The notes beneath the pieces are model-generated. The model ran no database searches. It was not told where the DNA came from and was given only the letters and a program-made list of their open reading frames with translations. Of a DNA stretch of 64,000 bases, positions 43,547 through 59,200 are shown piece by piece. Where the stretch lies: contig OZ024740.1 of the NCBI GenBank assembly GCA_964016885.1, positions 407,278,001 to 407,342,000 of the forward strand. Direction: 5' to 3'. Positions within the stretch are counted from its first letter, which is position 1, and each line of letters begins with the position of its first letter. The DNA comes from Eledone cirrhosa (lineage: Eukaryota). The translations under genes were made by a program, and so were the position numbers.

Positions 43547-46170
43547 CCACTAACAAGACACTACATAGCAATGTGGCTCACTGACAAGACACTGAATAGC
43601 AATGTGACACACTGACAAGACACTGAATAGCAATGTGTCCCACTGACAAGACACTGAATAGCAATGTGGCTCACTGACAAGATACTACATAGCAACGTGG
43701 CCGAGAGACAAGACACTGAATAGCAATGTGACAGACTGACAAGACACTGAATAGCAATGTGACAGACTGACAAGACACTGAATAGCAATGTGGCCCACTG
43801 ACAAGACACTGAATAGCAATGTGGCCCACTGACAAGAGACACTGAATAGCAATGTGGCCCACTGACAAGACACTGAATAGCAAAGTGGCTCACTGACAAG
43901 ATACTACATAGCAACGTGGCCGAGAGACAAGACACTGAATAGCAATGTGGCCCACTGACAAGACGCTACATAGCAATGTGGCCCACTGACAAGACCCTAC
44001 ATAGCAATGTGGTCCACTGACAAGACACTGAATAGCAATGTGACAGACTGACAAGACACTGAATAGCAATGTGGCCCACTGACAAGACACTACATAGCAA
44101 TGTGGCTCACTGACAAGACACTACATAGCAATGTGGCCCACTGACAAGACACTGAATAGCAATGTGGCCCACTGACAAGACACTACATAGCAATGTGGCT
44201 CACTGACAAGACACTGAATAGCAATGTGACAGACTGACAAGACACTGAATAGCAATGTGACAGACTGACAAGACACTGAATAGCAATGTGGCCCACTGAC
44301 AAGACACTACATAGCAATGTGGCCCACTGACAAGACACTGAATAGCAATGTGGCCCACTGACAAGACACTACATAGCAATGTGGCTCACTGACAAGACAC
44401 TGAATAGCAATGTGACAGACTGACAAGACACTGAATAGCAATGTGACAGACTGACAAGACACTGAAAAGCAATGTGGCCCACTGACAAGACACTACATAG
44501 CAATGTGGCCCACTGACAAGACACTGAATAGCAATGTGGCCCACTGACAAGACACTACATAGCAATGTGGCTCACTGACAAGACACTACATAGCAATGTG
44601 GCCCACTGACAAGACACTGAATAGCAATGTGGCCCACTGACAAGACACTACATAGCAATGTGGCCCACTGACAAGACACTGAATAGCAATGTGGCCCACT
44701 GACAAGACACTACGTAGCAATGTGGCTCACTGACAAGACACTACATAGCAATGTGGCCCACTGACAAGACACTGAATAGCAATGTGGCCCACTGACAAGA
44801 CACAACATAGCAATGTGGCCCACTGACAAGACACTACATAGCAATGTGGCCCACTGACAAGACACTGAATAGCAATGTGGCCCACTGACAAGACACTACA
44901 TAGCAATGTGGCTCACCGACAAGACACTGAATAGCAATGTGGCCCACTGACAAGACACTACATAGCAATGTGGCTCACTGACAAGACACTGAATAGCAAT
45001 GTGGCCCACTGACAAGACACTGAATAGCAATGTTGCCCACTGACAAGACACTATATAGCAATGTGGCCCACTGACAAGACACTGAATAGCAATGTGGCCC
45101 ACTGACAAGACACTACATAACAATGTGGCCCACTGACAAGACACTGAATAGCAATGTGGCCCACTGACAAGACAATGAATAGCAATGTGTCTCACTGACA
45201 AGACACTACATAGCAATGTGGCCCACTGACAAGACACTGAATAGCAATGTGGCCCACTGACAAGACACTGAATAGCAATGTGGCCCACTGACAAGACACT
45301 GAATAGCAATGTGGCCCACTAACAAGACACTACATAGCAATGTGGCTCACTGACAAGACACTGAATAGCAATGTGACACACTGACAAGACACTGAATAGC
45401 AATGTGTCCCACTGACAAGACACTGAATAGCAATGTGGCTCACTGACAAGATACTACATAGCAACGTGGCCGAGAGACAAGACACTGAATAGCAATGTGA
45501 CAGACTGACAAGACACTGAATAGCAATGTGACAGACTGACAAGACACTGAATAGCAATGTGGCCCACTGACAAGACACTGAATAGCAATGTGGCCCACTG
45601 ACAAGAGACACTGAATAGCAATGTGGCCCACTGACAAGACACTGAATAGCAAAGTGGCTCACTGACAAGATACTACATAGCAACGTGGCCGAGAGACAAG
45701 ACACTGAATAGCAATGTGGCCCACTGACAAGACGCTACATAGCAATGTGGCCCACTGACAAGACCCTACATAGCAATGTGGTCCACTGACAAGACACTGA
45801 ATAGCAATGTGACAGACTGACAAGACACTGAATAGCAATGTGGCCCACTGACAAGACACTACATAGCAATGTGGCTCACTGACAAGACACTACATAGCAA
45901 TGTGGCCCACTGACAAGACACTGAATAGCAATGTGGCCCACTGACAAGACACTACATAGCAATGTGGCTCACTGACAAGACACTGAATAGCAATGTGACA
46001 GACTGACAAGACACTGAATAGCAATGTAACAGACTGACAAGACACTGAATAGCAATGTGGCCCACTGACAAGACACTACATAGCAATGTGGCCCACTGAC
46101 AAGACACTGAATAGCAATGTGGCCCACTGACAAGACACTACATAGCAATGTGGCTCACTGACAAGACACT
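42573..46170 (+). repeat. Tandem duplication, 1769-bp unit (57 monomers, +2 bp): about 42573-44341 and 44342-46170
   Basis: ORF pairs 43127/44896, 43561/45330 and 43890/45659 differ by 1769. A 33-bp monomer (gacaagagacact) is at 43831 and 45600. Confidence 0.92.
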
Positions 46171-46265
46171 ACATAGCAATGTGGCCCACTGACAAGACAC
46201 TGAATAGCAATGTGGCCCACTGACAAGACACTACATAGCAATGTGGCCCACTGACAAGACACAAC

Positions 46266-49200
46266 ATAGCAATGTGGCCCACTGACAAGACACTACATAG
46301 CAATGTGGCCCACTGACAAGACACTGAATAGCAATGTGGCCCACTGACAAGACACTACATAGCAATGTGGCTCACTGACAAGACACTGAATAGCAATGTG
46401 GCCCACTGACAAGACACTACATAGCAATGTGGCTCACTGACAAGACACTTAATAGCAATGTGGCCCACTGACAAGACACTGAATAGCAATGTTGCCCAAT
46501 GACAAGACACTACATAGCAATGTGGCCCACTGACAAGACACTACATAGCAATGTGGCCCACTGACAAGACACTGAATAGCAATGTGGCCCACTGACAAGA
46601 CACTACATAGCAATGTGACAGACTGACAAGACACTGAATAGCAATGTGGCCCACTGACAAGACACTACATAGCAATGTGGCTCACTGACAAGACACTGAA
46701 TAGCAATGTGACAGACTGACAAAACACTGAATAGCAATGTAGCCCACTGACAAGACACTTAATAGCAATGTGGCCCACTGACAAGACACTACATAGCAAT
46801 GTGGCTCACTGACAAGACACTGAATAGCATTGTGGCTCACTGACAAGATACTACATAGCAATGTGGCCGAGACAAGACACTGAATAGCAATGTGGCCCAC
46901 TGACAAAACACTACATAGCAATGTGGCCCACTGACAAGACACTACATAGCAATGTGGCCCACTGACAAGACACTACATAGCAATATGACCCACTGACAAG
47001 ACACTACATAGCAATGTGGCCCACTAACAAGACACTACATAGCAATGTGACCCACTGACAAGACACTGAATAGCAATGTGGGTTACTGACGAGACACTGA
47101 ATAGCTATGTGGCCCACTGACAAGACACTACGTAGCAATGTGGCCCACTGACAAGACACTACATAGCAATGTGTCCCACTGACAAGACATTGAATAGCAA
47201 TGTGGCCCACTGACAAGACACTACATAACAATGTGGCCCACTGATAAGACACTGAATAGCAATGTGGCCCACTGACAAGACACTGAATAGCAATGTGGCC
47301 CACTGACAAGACACTGAATAGCAATGTGGCCCACTGACAAGACACTGAATAGCAATGTGGCCCACTGACAAGTCACTACATAGCAATGTGGCCCACTGAC
47401 AAGACACTGAATAGAAATGTGGCCCACTTACAAGACACTGAATAGCAATGTGGCCCAATGACAAAACACTACATAGCAATGTGGCCCACTGACAAGACAC
47501 TACATAGCAATGTGGCCCACTGATAAGACACTGAATAGCAATGTGGCCCACTGACAAGACACTGAATAGCAATGTGGCCCACTGACAAAACACTACATAG
47601 CAATGTGGCCCACTGACAAGACACTACATAGCAATGTGGCTCACTGACAAGACACTGAATAGCAATGTGACAGACTGACAAGACACTGAATAGCAATGTG
47701 ACAGACTGACAAGACACTGAAAAGCAATGTGGCCCACTGACAAGACACTACATAGCAATGTGGCCCACTGACAAGACACTGAATAGCAATGTGGCCCACT
47801 GACAAGACACTACATAGCAATGTGGCTCACTGACAAGACACTACATAGCAATGTGGCCCACTGACAAGACACTGAATAGCAATGTGGCCCACTGACAAGA
47901 CACTACATAGCAATGTGGCCCACTGACAAGACACTACGTAGCAATGTGGCTCACTGACAAGACACTACATAGCAATGTGGCCCACTGACAAGACACTGAA
48001 TAGCAATGTGGCCCACTGACAAGACACAACATAGCAATGTGGCCCACTGACAAGACACTACATAGCAATGTGGCCCACTGACAAGACACTGAATAGCAAT
48101 GTGGCCCACTGACAAGACACTACATAGCAATGTGGCTCACCGACAAGACACTGAATAGCAATGTGGCCCACTGACAAGACACTACATAGCAATGTGGCTC
48201 ACTGACAAGACACTGAATAGCAATGTGGCCCACTGACAAGACACTGAATAGCAATGTTGCCCACTGACAAGACACTATATAGCAATGTGGCCCACTGACA
48301 AGACACTGAATAGCAATGTGACAGACTGACAAGACACTGAATAGCAATGTGGCCCACTGACAAGACACTGAATAGCAATGTGGCCCAGTGACAAGACACT
48401 ACATAGCAATGAGCCTCACTGACAAGACACTGAATAGCATTGTGGCTCACTGACAAGATACTACATAGCAATGTGGCCGAGAGACAAGACACTGAATAGC
48501 AATGTGGCCCACAGACAAGGCACTGAATAGCAATGTGGCCCACTGACAAGACACTGAATAGCAATGTGGCCCACTGACGAGACACTACATAGCAATATGG
48601 CCCACTGACAAGACACTGAATAGCAATGTGGCCCACTAACAAGACACTACATAGCAATGTGGCTCACTGACAAGACACTGAATAGCAATGTGACACACTG
48701 ACAAGACACTGAATAGCAATGTGTCCCACTGACAAGACACTGAATAGCAATGTGGCTCACTGACAAGATACTACATAGCAACGTGGCCGAGAGACAAGAC
48801 ACTGAATAGCAATGTGACAGACTGACAAGACACTGAATAGCAATGTGACAGACTGACAAGACACTGAATAGCAATGTGGCCCACTGACAAGACACTGAAT
48901 AGCAATGTGGCCCACTGACAAGAGACACTGAATAGCAATGTGGCCCACTGACAAGACACTGAATAGCAAAGTGGCTCACTGACAAGATACTACATAGCAA
49001 CGTGGCCGAGAGACAAGACACTGAATAGCAATGTGGCCCACTGACAAGACGCTACATAGCAATGTGGCCCACTGACAAGACCCTACATAGCAATGTGGTC
49101 CACTGACAAGACACTGAATAGCAATGTGACAGACTGACAAGACACTGAATAGCAATGTGGCCCACTGACAAGACACTACATAGCAATGTGGCTCACTGAC

Positions 49201-52200
49201 AAGACACTACATAGCAATGTGGCCCACTGACAAGACACTGAATAGCAATGTGGCCCACTGACAAGACACTACATAGCAATGTGGCTCACTGACAAGACAC
49301 TGAATAGCAATGTGACAGACTGACAAGACACTGAATAGCAATGTGACAGACTGACAAGACACTGAATAGCAATGTGGCCCACTGACAAGACACTACATAG
49401 CAATGTGGCCCACTGACAAGACACTGAATAGCAATGTGGCCCACTGACAAGACACTACATAGCAATGTGGCTCACTGACAAGACACTGAATAGCAATGTG
49501 GCCCACTGACAAGACACTACATAGCAATGTGGCTCACTGACAAGACACTTAATAGCAATTTGGCCCACTGACAAGACACTGAATAGCAATGTTGCCCAAT
49601 GACAAGACACTACATAGCAATGTGGCCCACTGACAAGACACTACATAGCAATGTGGCCCACTGACAAGACACTGAATAGCAATGTGGCCCACTGACAAGA
49701 CACTACATAGCAATGTGACAGACTGACAAGACACTGAATAGCAATGTGGCCCACTGACAAGACACTACATAGCAATGTGGCTCACTGACAAGACACTGAA
49801 TAGCAATGTGACAGACTGACAAGACACTGAATAGCAATGTAGCCCACTGACAAGACACTTAATAGCAATGTGGCCCACTGACAAGACACTACATAGCAAT
49901 GTGGCTCACTGACAAGACACTGAATAGCATTGTGGCTCACTGACAAGATACTACATAGCAATGTGGCCGAGACAAGACACTGAATAGCAATGTGGCCCAC
50001 TGACAAAACACTACATAGCAATGTGGCCCACTGACAAGACACTACATAGCAATGTGGCCCACTGACAAGACACTACATAGCAATATGACCCACTGACAAG
50101 ACACTACATAGCAATGTGGCCCACTAACAAGACACTACATAGCAATGTGACCCACTGACAAGACACTGAATAGCAATGTGGGTTACTGACGAGACACTGA
50201 ATAGCTATGTGGCCCACTGACAAGACACTACGTAGCAATGTGGCCCACTGACAAGACACTACATAGCAATGTGTCCCACTGACAAGACATTGAATAGCAA
50301 TGTGGCCCACTGACAAGACACTACATAACAATGTGGCCCACTGATAAGACACTGAATAGCAATGTGGCCCACTGACAAGACACTGAATAGCAATGTGGCC
50401 CACTGACAAGACACTGAATAGCAATGTGGCCCACTGACAAGACACTGAATAGCAATGTGGCCCACTGACAAGTCACTACATAGCAATGTGGCCCACTGAC
50501 AAGACACTGAATAGAAATGTGGCCCACTTACAAGACACTGAATAGCAATGTGGCCCAATGACAAAACACTACATAGCAATGTGGCCCACTGACAAGACAC
50601 TACATAGCAATGTGGCCCACTGATAAGACACTGAATAGCAATGTGGCCCACTGACAAGACACTGAATAGCAATGTGGCCCACTGACAAAACACTACATAG
50701 CAATGTGGCCCACTGACAAGACACTACATAGCAATGTGGCTCACTGACAAGACACTGAATAGCAATGTGACAGACTGACAAGACACTGAATAGCAATGTG
50801 ACAGACTGACAAGACACTGAAAAGCAATGTGGCCCACTGACAAGACACTACATAGCAATGTGGCCCACTGACAAGACACTGAATAGCAATGTGGCCCACT
50901 GACAAGACACTACATAGCAATGTGGCTCACTGACAAGACACTACATAGCAATGTGGCCCACTGACAAGACACTGAATAGCAATGTGGCCCACTGACAAGA
51001 CACTACATAGCAATGTGGCCCACTGACAAGACACTACGTAGCAATGTGGCTCACTGACAAGACACTACATAGCAATGTGGCCCACTGACAAGACACTGAA
51101 TAGCAATGTGGCCCACTGACAAGACACAACATAGCAATGTGGCCCACTGACAAGACACTACATAGCAATGTGGCCCACTGACAAGACACTGAATAGCAAT
51201 GTGGCCCACTGACAAGACACTACATAGCAATGTGGCTCACCGACAAGACACTGAATAGCAATGTGGCCCACTGACAAGACACTACATAGCAATGTGGCTC
51301 ACTGACAAGACACTGAATAGCAATGTGGCCCACTGACAAGACACTGAATAGCAATGTTGCCCACTGACAAGACACTATATAGCAATGTGGCCCACTGACA
51401 AGACACTGAATAGCAATGTGACAGACTGACAAGACACTGAATAGCAATGTGGCCCACTGACAAGACACTGAATAGCAATGTGGCCCAGTGACAAGACACT
51501 ACATAGCAATGAGCCTCACTGACAAGACACTGAATAGCATTGTGGCTCACTGACAAGATACTACATAGCAATGTGGCCGAGAGACAAGACACTGAATAGC
51601 AATGTGGCCCACAGACAAGGCACTGAATAGCAATGTGGCCCACTGACAAGACACTGAATAGCAATGTGGCCCACTGACGAGACACTACATAGCAATATGG
51701 CCCACTGACAAGACACTGAATAGCAATGTGGCCCACTAACAAGACACTACATAGCAATGTGGCTCACTGACAAGACACTGAATAGCAATGTGACACACTG
51801 ACAAGACACTGAATAGCAATGTGTCCCACTGACAAGACACTGAATAGCAATGTGGCTCACTGACAAGATACTACATAGCAACGTGGCCGAGAGACAAGAC
51901 ACTGAATAGCAATGTGACAGACTGACAAGACACTGAATAGCAATGTGACAGACTGACAAGACACTGAATAGCAATGTGGCCCACTGACAAGACACTGAAT
52001 AGCAATGTGGCCCACTGACAAGAGACACTGAATAGCAATGTGGCCCACTGACAAGACACTGAATAGCAAAGTGGCTCACTGACAAGATACTACATAGCAA
52101 CGTGGCCGAGAGACAAGACACTGAATAGCAATGTGGCCCACTGACAAGACGCTACATAGCAATGTGGCCCACTGACAAGACCCTACATAGCAATGTGGTC

Positions 52201-52587
52201 CACTGACAAGACACTGAATAGCAATGTGACAGACTGACAAGACACTGAATAGCAATGTGGCCCACTGACAAGACACTACATAGCAATGTGGCTCACTGAC
52301 AAGACACTACATAGCAATGTGGCCCACTGACAAGACACTGAATAGCAATGTGGCCCACTGACAAGACACTACATAGCAATGTGGCTCACTGACAAGACAC
52401 TGAATAGCAATGTGACAGACTGACAAGACACTGAATAGCAATGTGACAGACTGACAAGACACTGAATAGCAATGTGGCCCACTGACAAGACACTACATAG
52501 CAATGTGGCCCACTGACAAGACACTGAATAGCAATGTGGCCCACTGACAAGACACTACATAGCAATGTGGCTCACTGACAAGACACT
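46266..52587 (+). repeat. Tandem duplication, 3100-bp unit (100 monomers): about 46266-49365 and 49366-52587
   Basis: ORF pairs 46449/49549, 47159/50259, 48199/51299 and 48976/52076 differ by 3100. Both copies share cccaatgacaaaac (~47454/50554). One 29-bp and one 33-bp monomer cancel in length. Confidence 0.93.
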
Positions 52588-53209
52588 ACATAGCAATGTG
52601 GCCCACTGACAAGACACTGAATAGCAATGTGGCCCACTGACAAGACACTACATAGCAATGTGGCCCACTGACAAGACACAACATAGCAATGTGGCCCACT
52701 GACAAGACACTACATAGCAATGTGGCCCACTGACAAGACACTGAATAGCAATGTGGCCCACTGACAAGACACTACATAGCAATGTGGCTCACTGACAAGA
52801 CACTGAATAGCAATGTGGCCCACTGACAAGACACTACATAGCAATGTGGCTCACTGACAAGACACTTAATAGCAATGTGGCCCACTGACAAGACACTGAA
52901 TAGCAATGTTGCCCAATGACAAGACACTACATAGCAATGTGGCCCACTGACAAGACACTACATAGCAATGTGGCCCACTGACAAGACACTGAATAGCAAT
53001 GTGGCCCACTGACAAGACACTACATAGCAATGTGACAGACTGACAAGACACTGAATAGCAATGTGGCCCACTGACAAGACACTACATAGCAATGTGGCTC
53101 ACTGACAAGACACTGAATAGCAATGTGACAGACTGACAAGACACTGAATAGCAATGTAGCCCACTGACAAGACACTTAATAGCAATGTGGCCCACTGACA
53201 AGACACTAC

Positions 53210-56200
53210 ATAGCAATGTGGCTCACTGACAAGACACTGAATAGCATTGTGGCTCACTGACAAGATACTACATAGCAATGTGGCCGAGACAAGACACTGA
53301 ATAGCAATGTGGCCCACTGACAAAACACTACATAGCAATGTGGCCCACTGACAAGACACTACATAGCAATGTGGCCCACTGACAAGACACTACATAGCAA
53401 TATGACCCACTGACAAGACACTACATAGCAATGTGGCCCACTAACAAGACACTACATAGCAATGTGACCCACTGACAAGACACTGAATAGCAATGTGGGT
53501 TACTGACGAGACACTGAATAGCTATGTGGCCCACTGACAAGACACTACGTAGCAATGTGGCCCACTGACAAGACACTACATAGCAATGTGTCCCACTGAC
53601 AAGACATTGAATAGCAATGTGGCCCACTGACAAGACACTACATAACAATGTGGCCCACTGATAAGACACTGAATAGCAATGTGGCCCACTGACAAGACAC
53701 TGAATAGCAATGTGGCCCACTGACAAGACACTGAATAGCAATGTGGCCCACTGACAAGACACTGAATAGCAATGTGGCCCACTGACAAGTCACTACATAG
53801 CAATGTGGCCCACTGACAAGACACTGAATAGAAATGTGGCCCACTTACAAGACACTGAATAGCAATGTGGCCCACTGACAAAACACTACATAGCAATGTG
53901 GCCCACTGACAAGACACTACATAGCAATGTGGCCCACTGATAAGACACTGAATAGCAATGTGGCCCACTGACAAGACACTGAATAGCAATGTGGCCCACT
54001 GACAAAACACTACATAGCAATGTGGCCCACTGACAAGACACTACATAGCAATGTGGCTCACTGACAAGACACTGAATAGCAATGTGACAGACTGACAAGA
54101 CACTGAATAGCAATGTGACAGACTGACAAGACACTGAAAAGCAATGTGGCCCACTGACAAGACACTACATAGCAATGTGGCCCACTGACAAGACACTGAA
54201 TAGCAATGTGGCCCACTGACAAGACACTACATAGCAATGTGGCTCACTGACAAGACACTACATAGCAATGTGGCCCACTGACAAGACACTGAATAGCAAT
54301 GTGGCCCACTGACAAGACACTACATAGCAATGTGGCCCACTGACAAGACACTGAATAGCAATGTGGCCCACTGACAAGACACTACGTAGCAATGTGGCTC
54401 ACTGACAAGACACTACATAGCAATGTGGCCCACTGACAAGACACTGAATAGCAATGTGGCCCACTGACAAGACACAACATAGCAATGTGGCCCACTGACA
54501 AGACACTACATAGCAATGTGGCCCACTGACAAGACACTGAATAGCAATGTGGCCCACTGACAAGACACTACATAGCAATGTGGCTCACCGACAAGACACT
54601 GAATAGCAATGTGGCCCACTGACAAGACACTACATAGCAATGTGGCTCACTGACAAGACACTGAATAGCAATGTGGCCCACTGACAAGACACTGAATAGC
54701 AATGTTGCCCACTGACAAGACACTATATAGCAATGTGGCCCACTGACAAGACACTGAATAGCAATGTGACAGACTGACAAGACACTGAATAGCAATGTGG
54801 CCCACTGACAAGACACTGAATAGCAATGTGGCCCAGTGACAAGACACTACATAGCAATGAGCCTCACTGACAAGACACTGAATAGCATTGTGGCTCACTG
54901 ACAAGATACTACATAGCAATGTGGCCGAGAGACAAGACACTGAATAGCAATGTGGCCCACAGACAAGGCACTGAATAGCAATGTGGCCCACTGACAAGAC
55001 ACTGAATAGCAATGTGGCCCACTGACAAGACACTACATAGCAATATGGCCCACTGACAAGACACTACATAGCAATGTGGCCCACTAACAAGACACTACAT
55101 AGCAATGTGACCCACTGACAAGACACTGAATAGCAATGTGGGTTACTGACGAGACACTGAATAGCAATGTGGCCCACTGACAAGACACTACCTAGCAATG
55201 TGGCCCACTGACAAGACATTGAATAGCAATAGTGGCTCACTGACAAGACACTGAATAACAATGTGGCCCACTGACAAGACACTGAATAGCAATGTGGCCC
55301 ACTGACAAGACACTGAATAGCAATGCGGCCCACTGACAAGACACTACATAGCAATGTGGCCCACTGACAAGACACTGAATAGCAATGTGGCCCACTTACA
55401 AGACACTGAATAGCAATGTGGCCCACTGATAAGACACTGAATAGCAATGTGGCCCACTGACAAGACACTGAATAGCAATGTGGCACACTGACAAGACTCT
55501 GCATAGCAATGTGGCCCACTGACAAAACACTACATAGCAATGTGGCCCACTGACAAGACTCTGCATAGCAATGTGGCCCACTGACAAGACACTACATAGC
55601 AATGTGGCCCACTGACAAGATGTTGAATAGCAATGTGGCCCACTGACAAGACACTACATAGCAATGTGGCCCACTGACAAGATGTTGAATAGCAATGTGG
55701 CCCACTGACAAGACACTACAGAGCAATGTGGCCCACTGACAAGATGCTGAATAGCAATGTGGCCCACTGACAAGACACTACATAGCAATGTGTCCCACTG
55801 ACAAGACATTGAATAGCAATGTGGCCCACTGACAAGACACTACATAACAATGTGGCCCACTGACAAGACACTGAATAGCAATGTGGCCCACTGACAAGAC
55901 ACTGAATAGCAATGTGTCTCACTGACAAGACACTACATAGCAATGTGGCCCACTGACAAGACACTGAATAGCAATGTGGCCCACTGACAAGACACTGAAT
56001 AGCAATGTGGCCCACTGACAAGACACTGAATAGCAATGTGGCCCACTAACAAGACACTACATAGCAATGTGGCTCACTGACAAGACACTGAATAGCAATG
56101 TGACACACTGACAAGACACTGAATAGCAATGTGTCCCACTAACAAGACACTGAATAGCAATGTGGCTCACTGACAAGATACTACATAGCAACGTGGCCGA

Positions 56201-59200
56201 GAGACAAGACACTGAATAGCAATGTGGCCCACTGACAAGACACTGAATAGCAATGTGGCCCACTAACAAGACACTACATAGCAATGTGGCTCACTGACAA
56301 GACACTGAATAGCAATGTGACAGACTGACAAGACACTGAATAGCAATGTGACAGACTGACAAGACACTGAATAGCAATGTGGTCCACTGACAAGACACTG
56401 AATATCAATGTGGCCCACTGACAAGACACTGAATAGCAATGTGGCCCACTGACAAGACACTGAATAGCAATGTGGCCCACTGACAAGTCACTACATAGCA
56501 ATGTGGCCCACTGACAAGACACTGAATAGAAATGTGGCCCACTTACAAGACACTGAATAGCAATGTGGCCCACTAACAAAACACTACATAGCAATGTGGC
56601 CCACTGACAAGACACTACATAGCAATGTGGCCCACTGACAAGACACTACATAGCAATGTGGCCCACTGATAAGACACTGAATAGCAATGTGGCCCACTGA
56701 CAAGACACTGAATAGCAATGTGGCCCACTGACAACACACTACATAGCAATGTGGCCCACTGACAAGACACTACATAGCAATGTGGCCCACTGATAAGACA
56801 CTGAATAGCAATGTGGCCCACTGACAAGACACTGAATAGCAATGTGGCTCACTGACAAGACACTGAATAGCATTGTGGCTCACTGACAAGATACTACATA
56901 GCAATGTGGCCGAGACAAGACACTGAATAGCAATGTGGCCCACTGACAAAACACTACATAGCAATGTGGCCCACTGACAAGACACTACATAGCAATGTGG
57001 CCCACTGACAAGACACTACATAGCAATATGACCCACTGACAAGACACTACATAGCAATGTGGCCCACTAACAAGACACTACATAGCAATGTGACCCACTG
57101 ACAAGACACTGAATAGCAATGTGGGTTACTGACGAGACACTGAATAGCTATGTGGCCCACTGACAAGACACTACGTAGCAATGTGGCCCACTGACAAGAC
57201 ACTACATAGCAATGTGTCCCACTGACAAGACATTGAATAGCAATGTGGCCCACTGACAAGACACTACATAACAATGTGGCCCACTGATAAGACACTGAAT
57301 AGCAATGTGGCCCACTGACAAGACACTGAATAGCAATGTGGCCCACTGACAAGACACTGAATAGCAATGTGGCCCACTGACAAGACACTGAATAGCAATG
57401 TGGCCCACTGACAAGTCACTACATAGCAATGTGGCCCACTGACAAGACACTGAATAGAAATGTGGCCCACTTACAAGACACTGAATAGCAATGTGGCCCA
57501 CTGACAAAACACTACATAGCAATGTGGCCCACTGACAAGACACTACATAGCAATGTGGCCCACTGATAAGACACTGAATAGCAATGTGGCCCACTGACAA
57601 GACACTGAATAGCAATGTGGCCCACTGACAAAACACTACATAGCAATGTGGCCCACTGACAAGACACTACATAGCAATGTGGCTCACTGACAAGACACTG
57701 AATAGCAATGTGACAGACTGACAAGACACTGAATAGCAATGTGACAGACTGACAAGACACTGAAAAGCAATGTGGCCCACTGACAAGACACTACATAGCA
57801 ATGTGGCCCACTGACAAGACACTGAATAGCAATGTGGCCCACTGACAAGACACTACATAGCAATGTGGCTCACTGACAAGACACTACATAGCAATGTGGC
57901 CCACTGACAAGACACTGAATAGCAATGTGGCCCACTGACAAGACACTACATAGCAATGTGGCCCACTGACAAGACACTGAATAGCAATGTGGCCCACTGA
58001 CAAGACACTACGTAGCAATGTGGCTCACTGACAAGACACTACATAGCAATGTGGCCCACTGACAAGACACTGAATAGCAATGTGGCCCACTGACAAGACA
58101 CAACATAGCAATGTGGCCCACTGACAAGACACTACATAGCAATGTGGCCCACTGACAAGACACTGAATAGCAATGTGGCCCACTGACAAGACACTACATA
58201 GCAATGTGGCTCACCGACAAGACACTGAATAGCAATGTGGCCCACTGACAAGACACTACATAGCAATGTGGCTCACTGACAAGACACTGAATAGCAATGT
58301 GGCCCACTGACAAGACACTGAATAGCAATGTTGCCCACTGACAAGACACTATATAGCAATGTGGCCCACTGACAAGACACTGAATAGCAATGTGACAGAC
58401 TGACAAGACACTGAATAGCAATGTGGCCCACTGACAAGACACTGAATAGCAATGTGGCCCAGTGACAAGACACTACATAGCAATGAGCCTCACTGACAAG
58501 ACACTGAATAGCATTGTGGCTCACTGACAAGATACTACATAGCAATGTGGCCGAGAGACAAGACACTGAATAGCAATGTGGCCCACAGACAAGGCACTGA
58601 ATAGCAATGTGGCCCACTGACAAGACACTGAATAGCAATGTGGCCCACTGACAAGACACTACATAGCAATATGGCCCACTGACAAGACACTACATAGCAA
58701 TGTGGCCCACTAACAAGACACTACATAGCAATGTGACCCACTGACAAGACACTGAATAGCAATGTGGGTTACTGACGAGACACTGAATAGCAATGTGGCC
58801 CACTGACAAGACACTACCTAGCAATGTGGCCCACTGACAAGACATTGAATAGCAATAGTGGCTCACTGACAAGACACTGAATAACAATGTGGCCCACTGA
58901 CAAGACACTGAATAGCAATGTGGCCCACTGACAAGACACTGAATAGCAATGCGGCCCACTGACAAGACACTACATAGCAATGTGGCCCACTGACAAGACA
59001 CTGAATAGCAATGTGGCCCACTTACAAGACACTGAATAGCAATGTGGCCCACTGATAAGACACTGAATAGCAATGTGGCCCACTGACAAGACACTGAATA
59101 GCAATGTGGCACACTGACAAGACTCTGCATAGCAATGTGGCCCACTGACAAAACTCTACATAGCAATGTGGCCCACTGACAAGACTCTGCATAGCAATGT

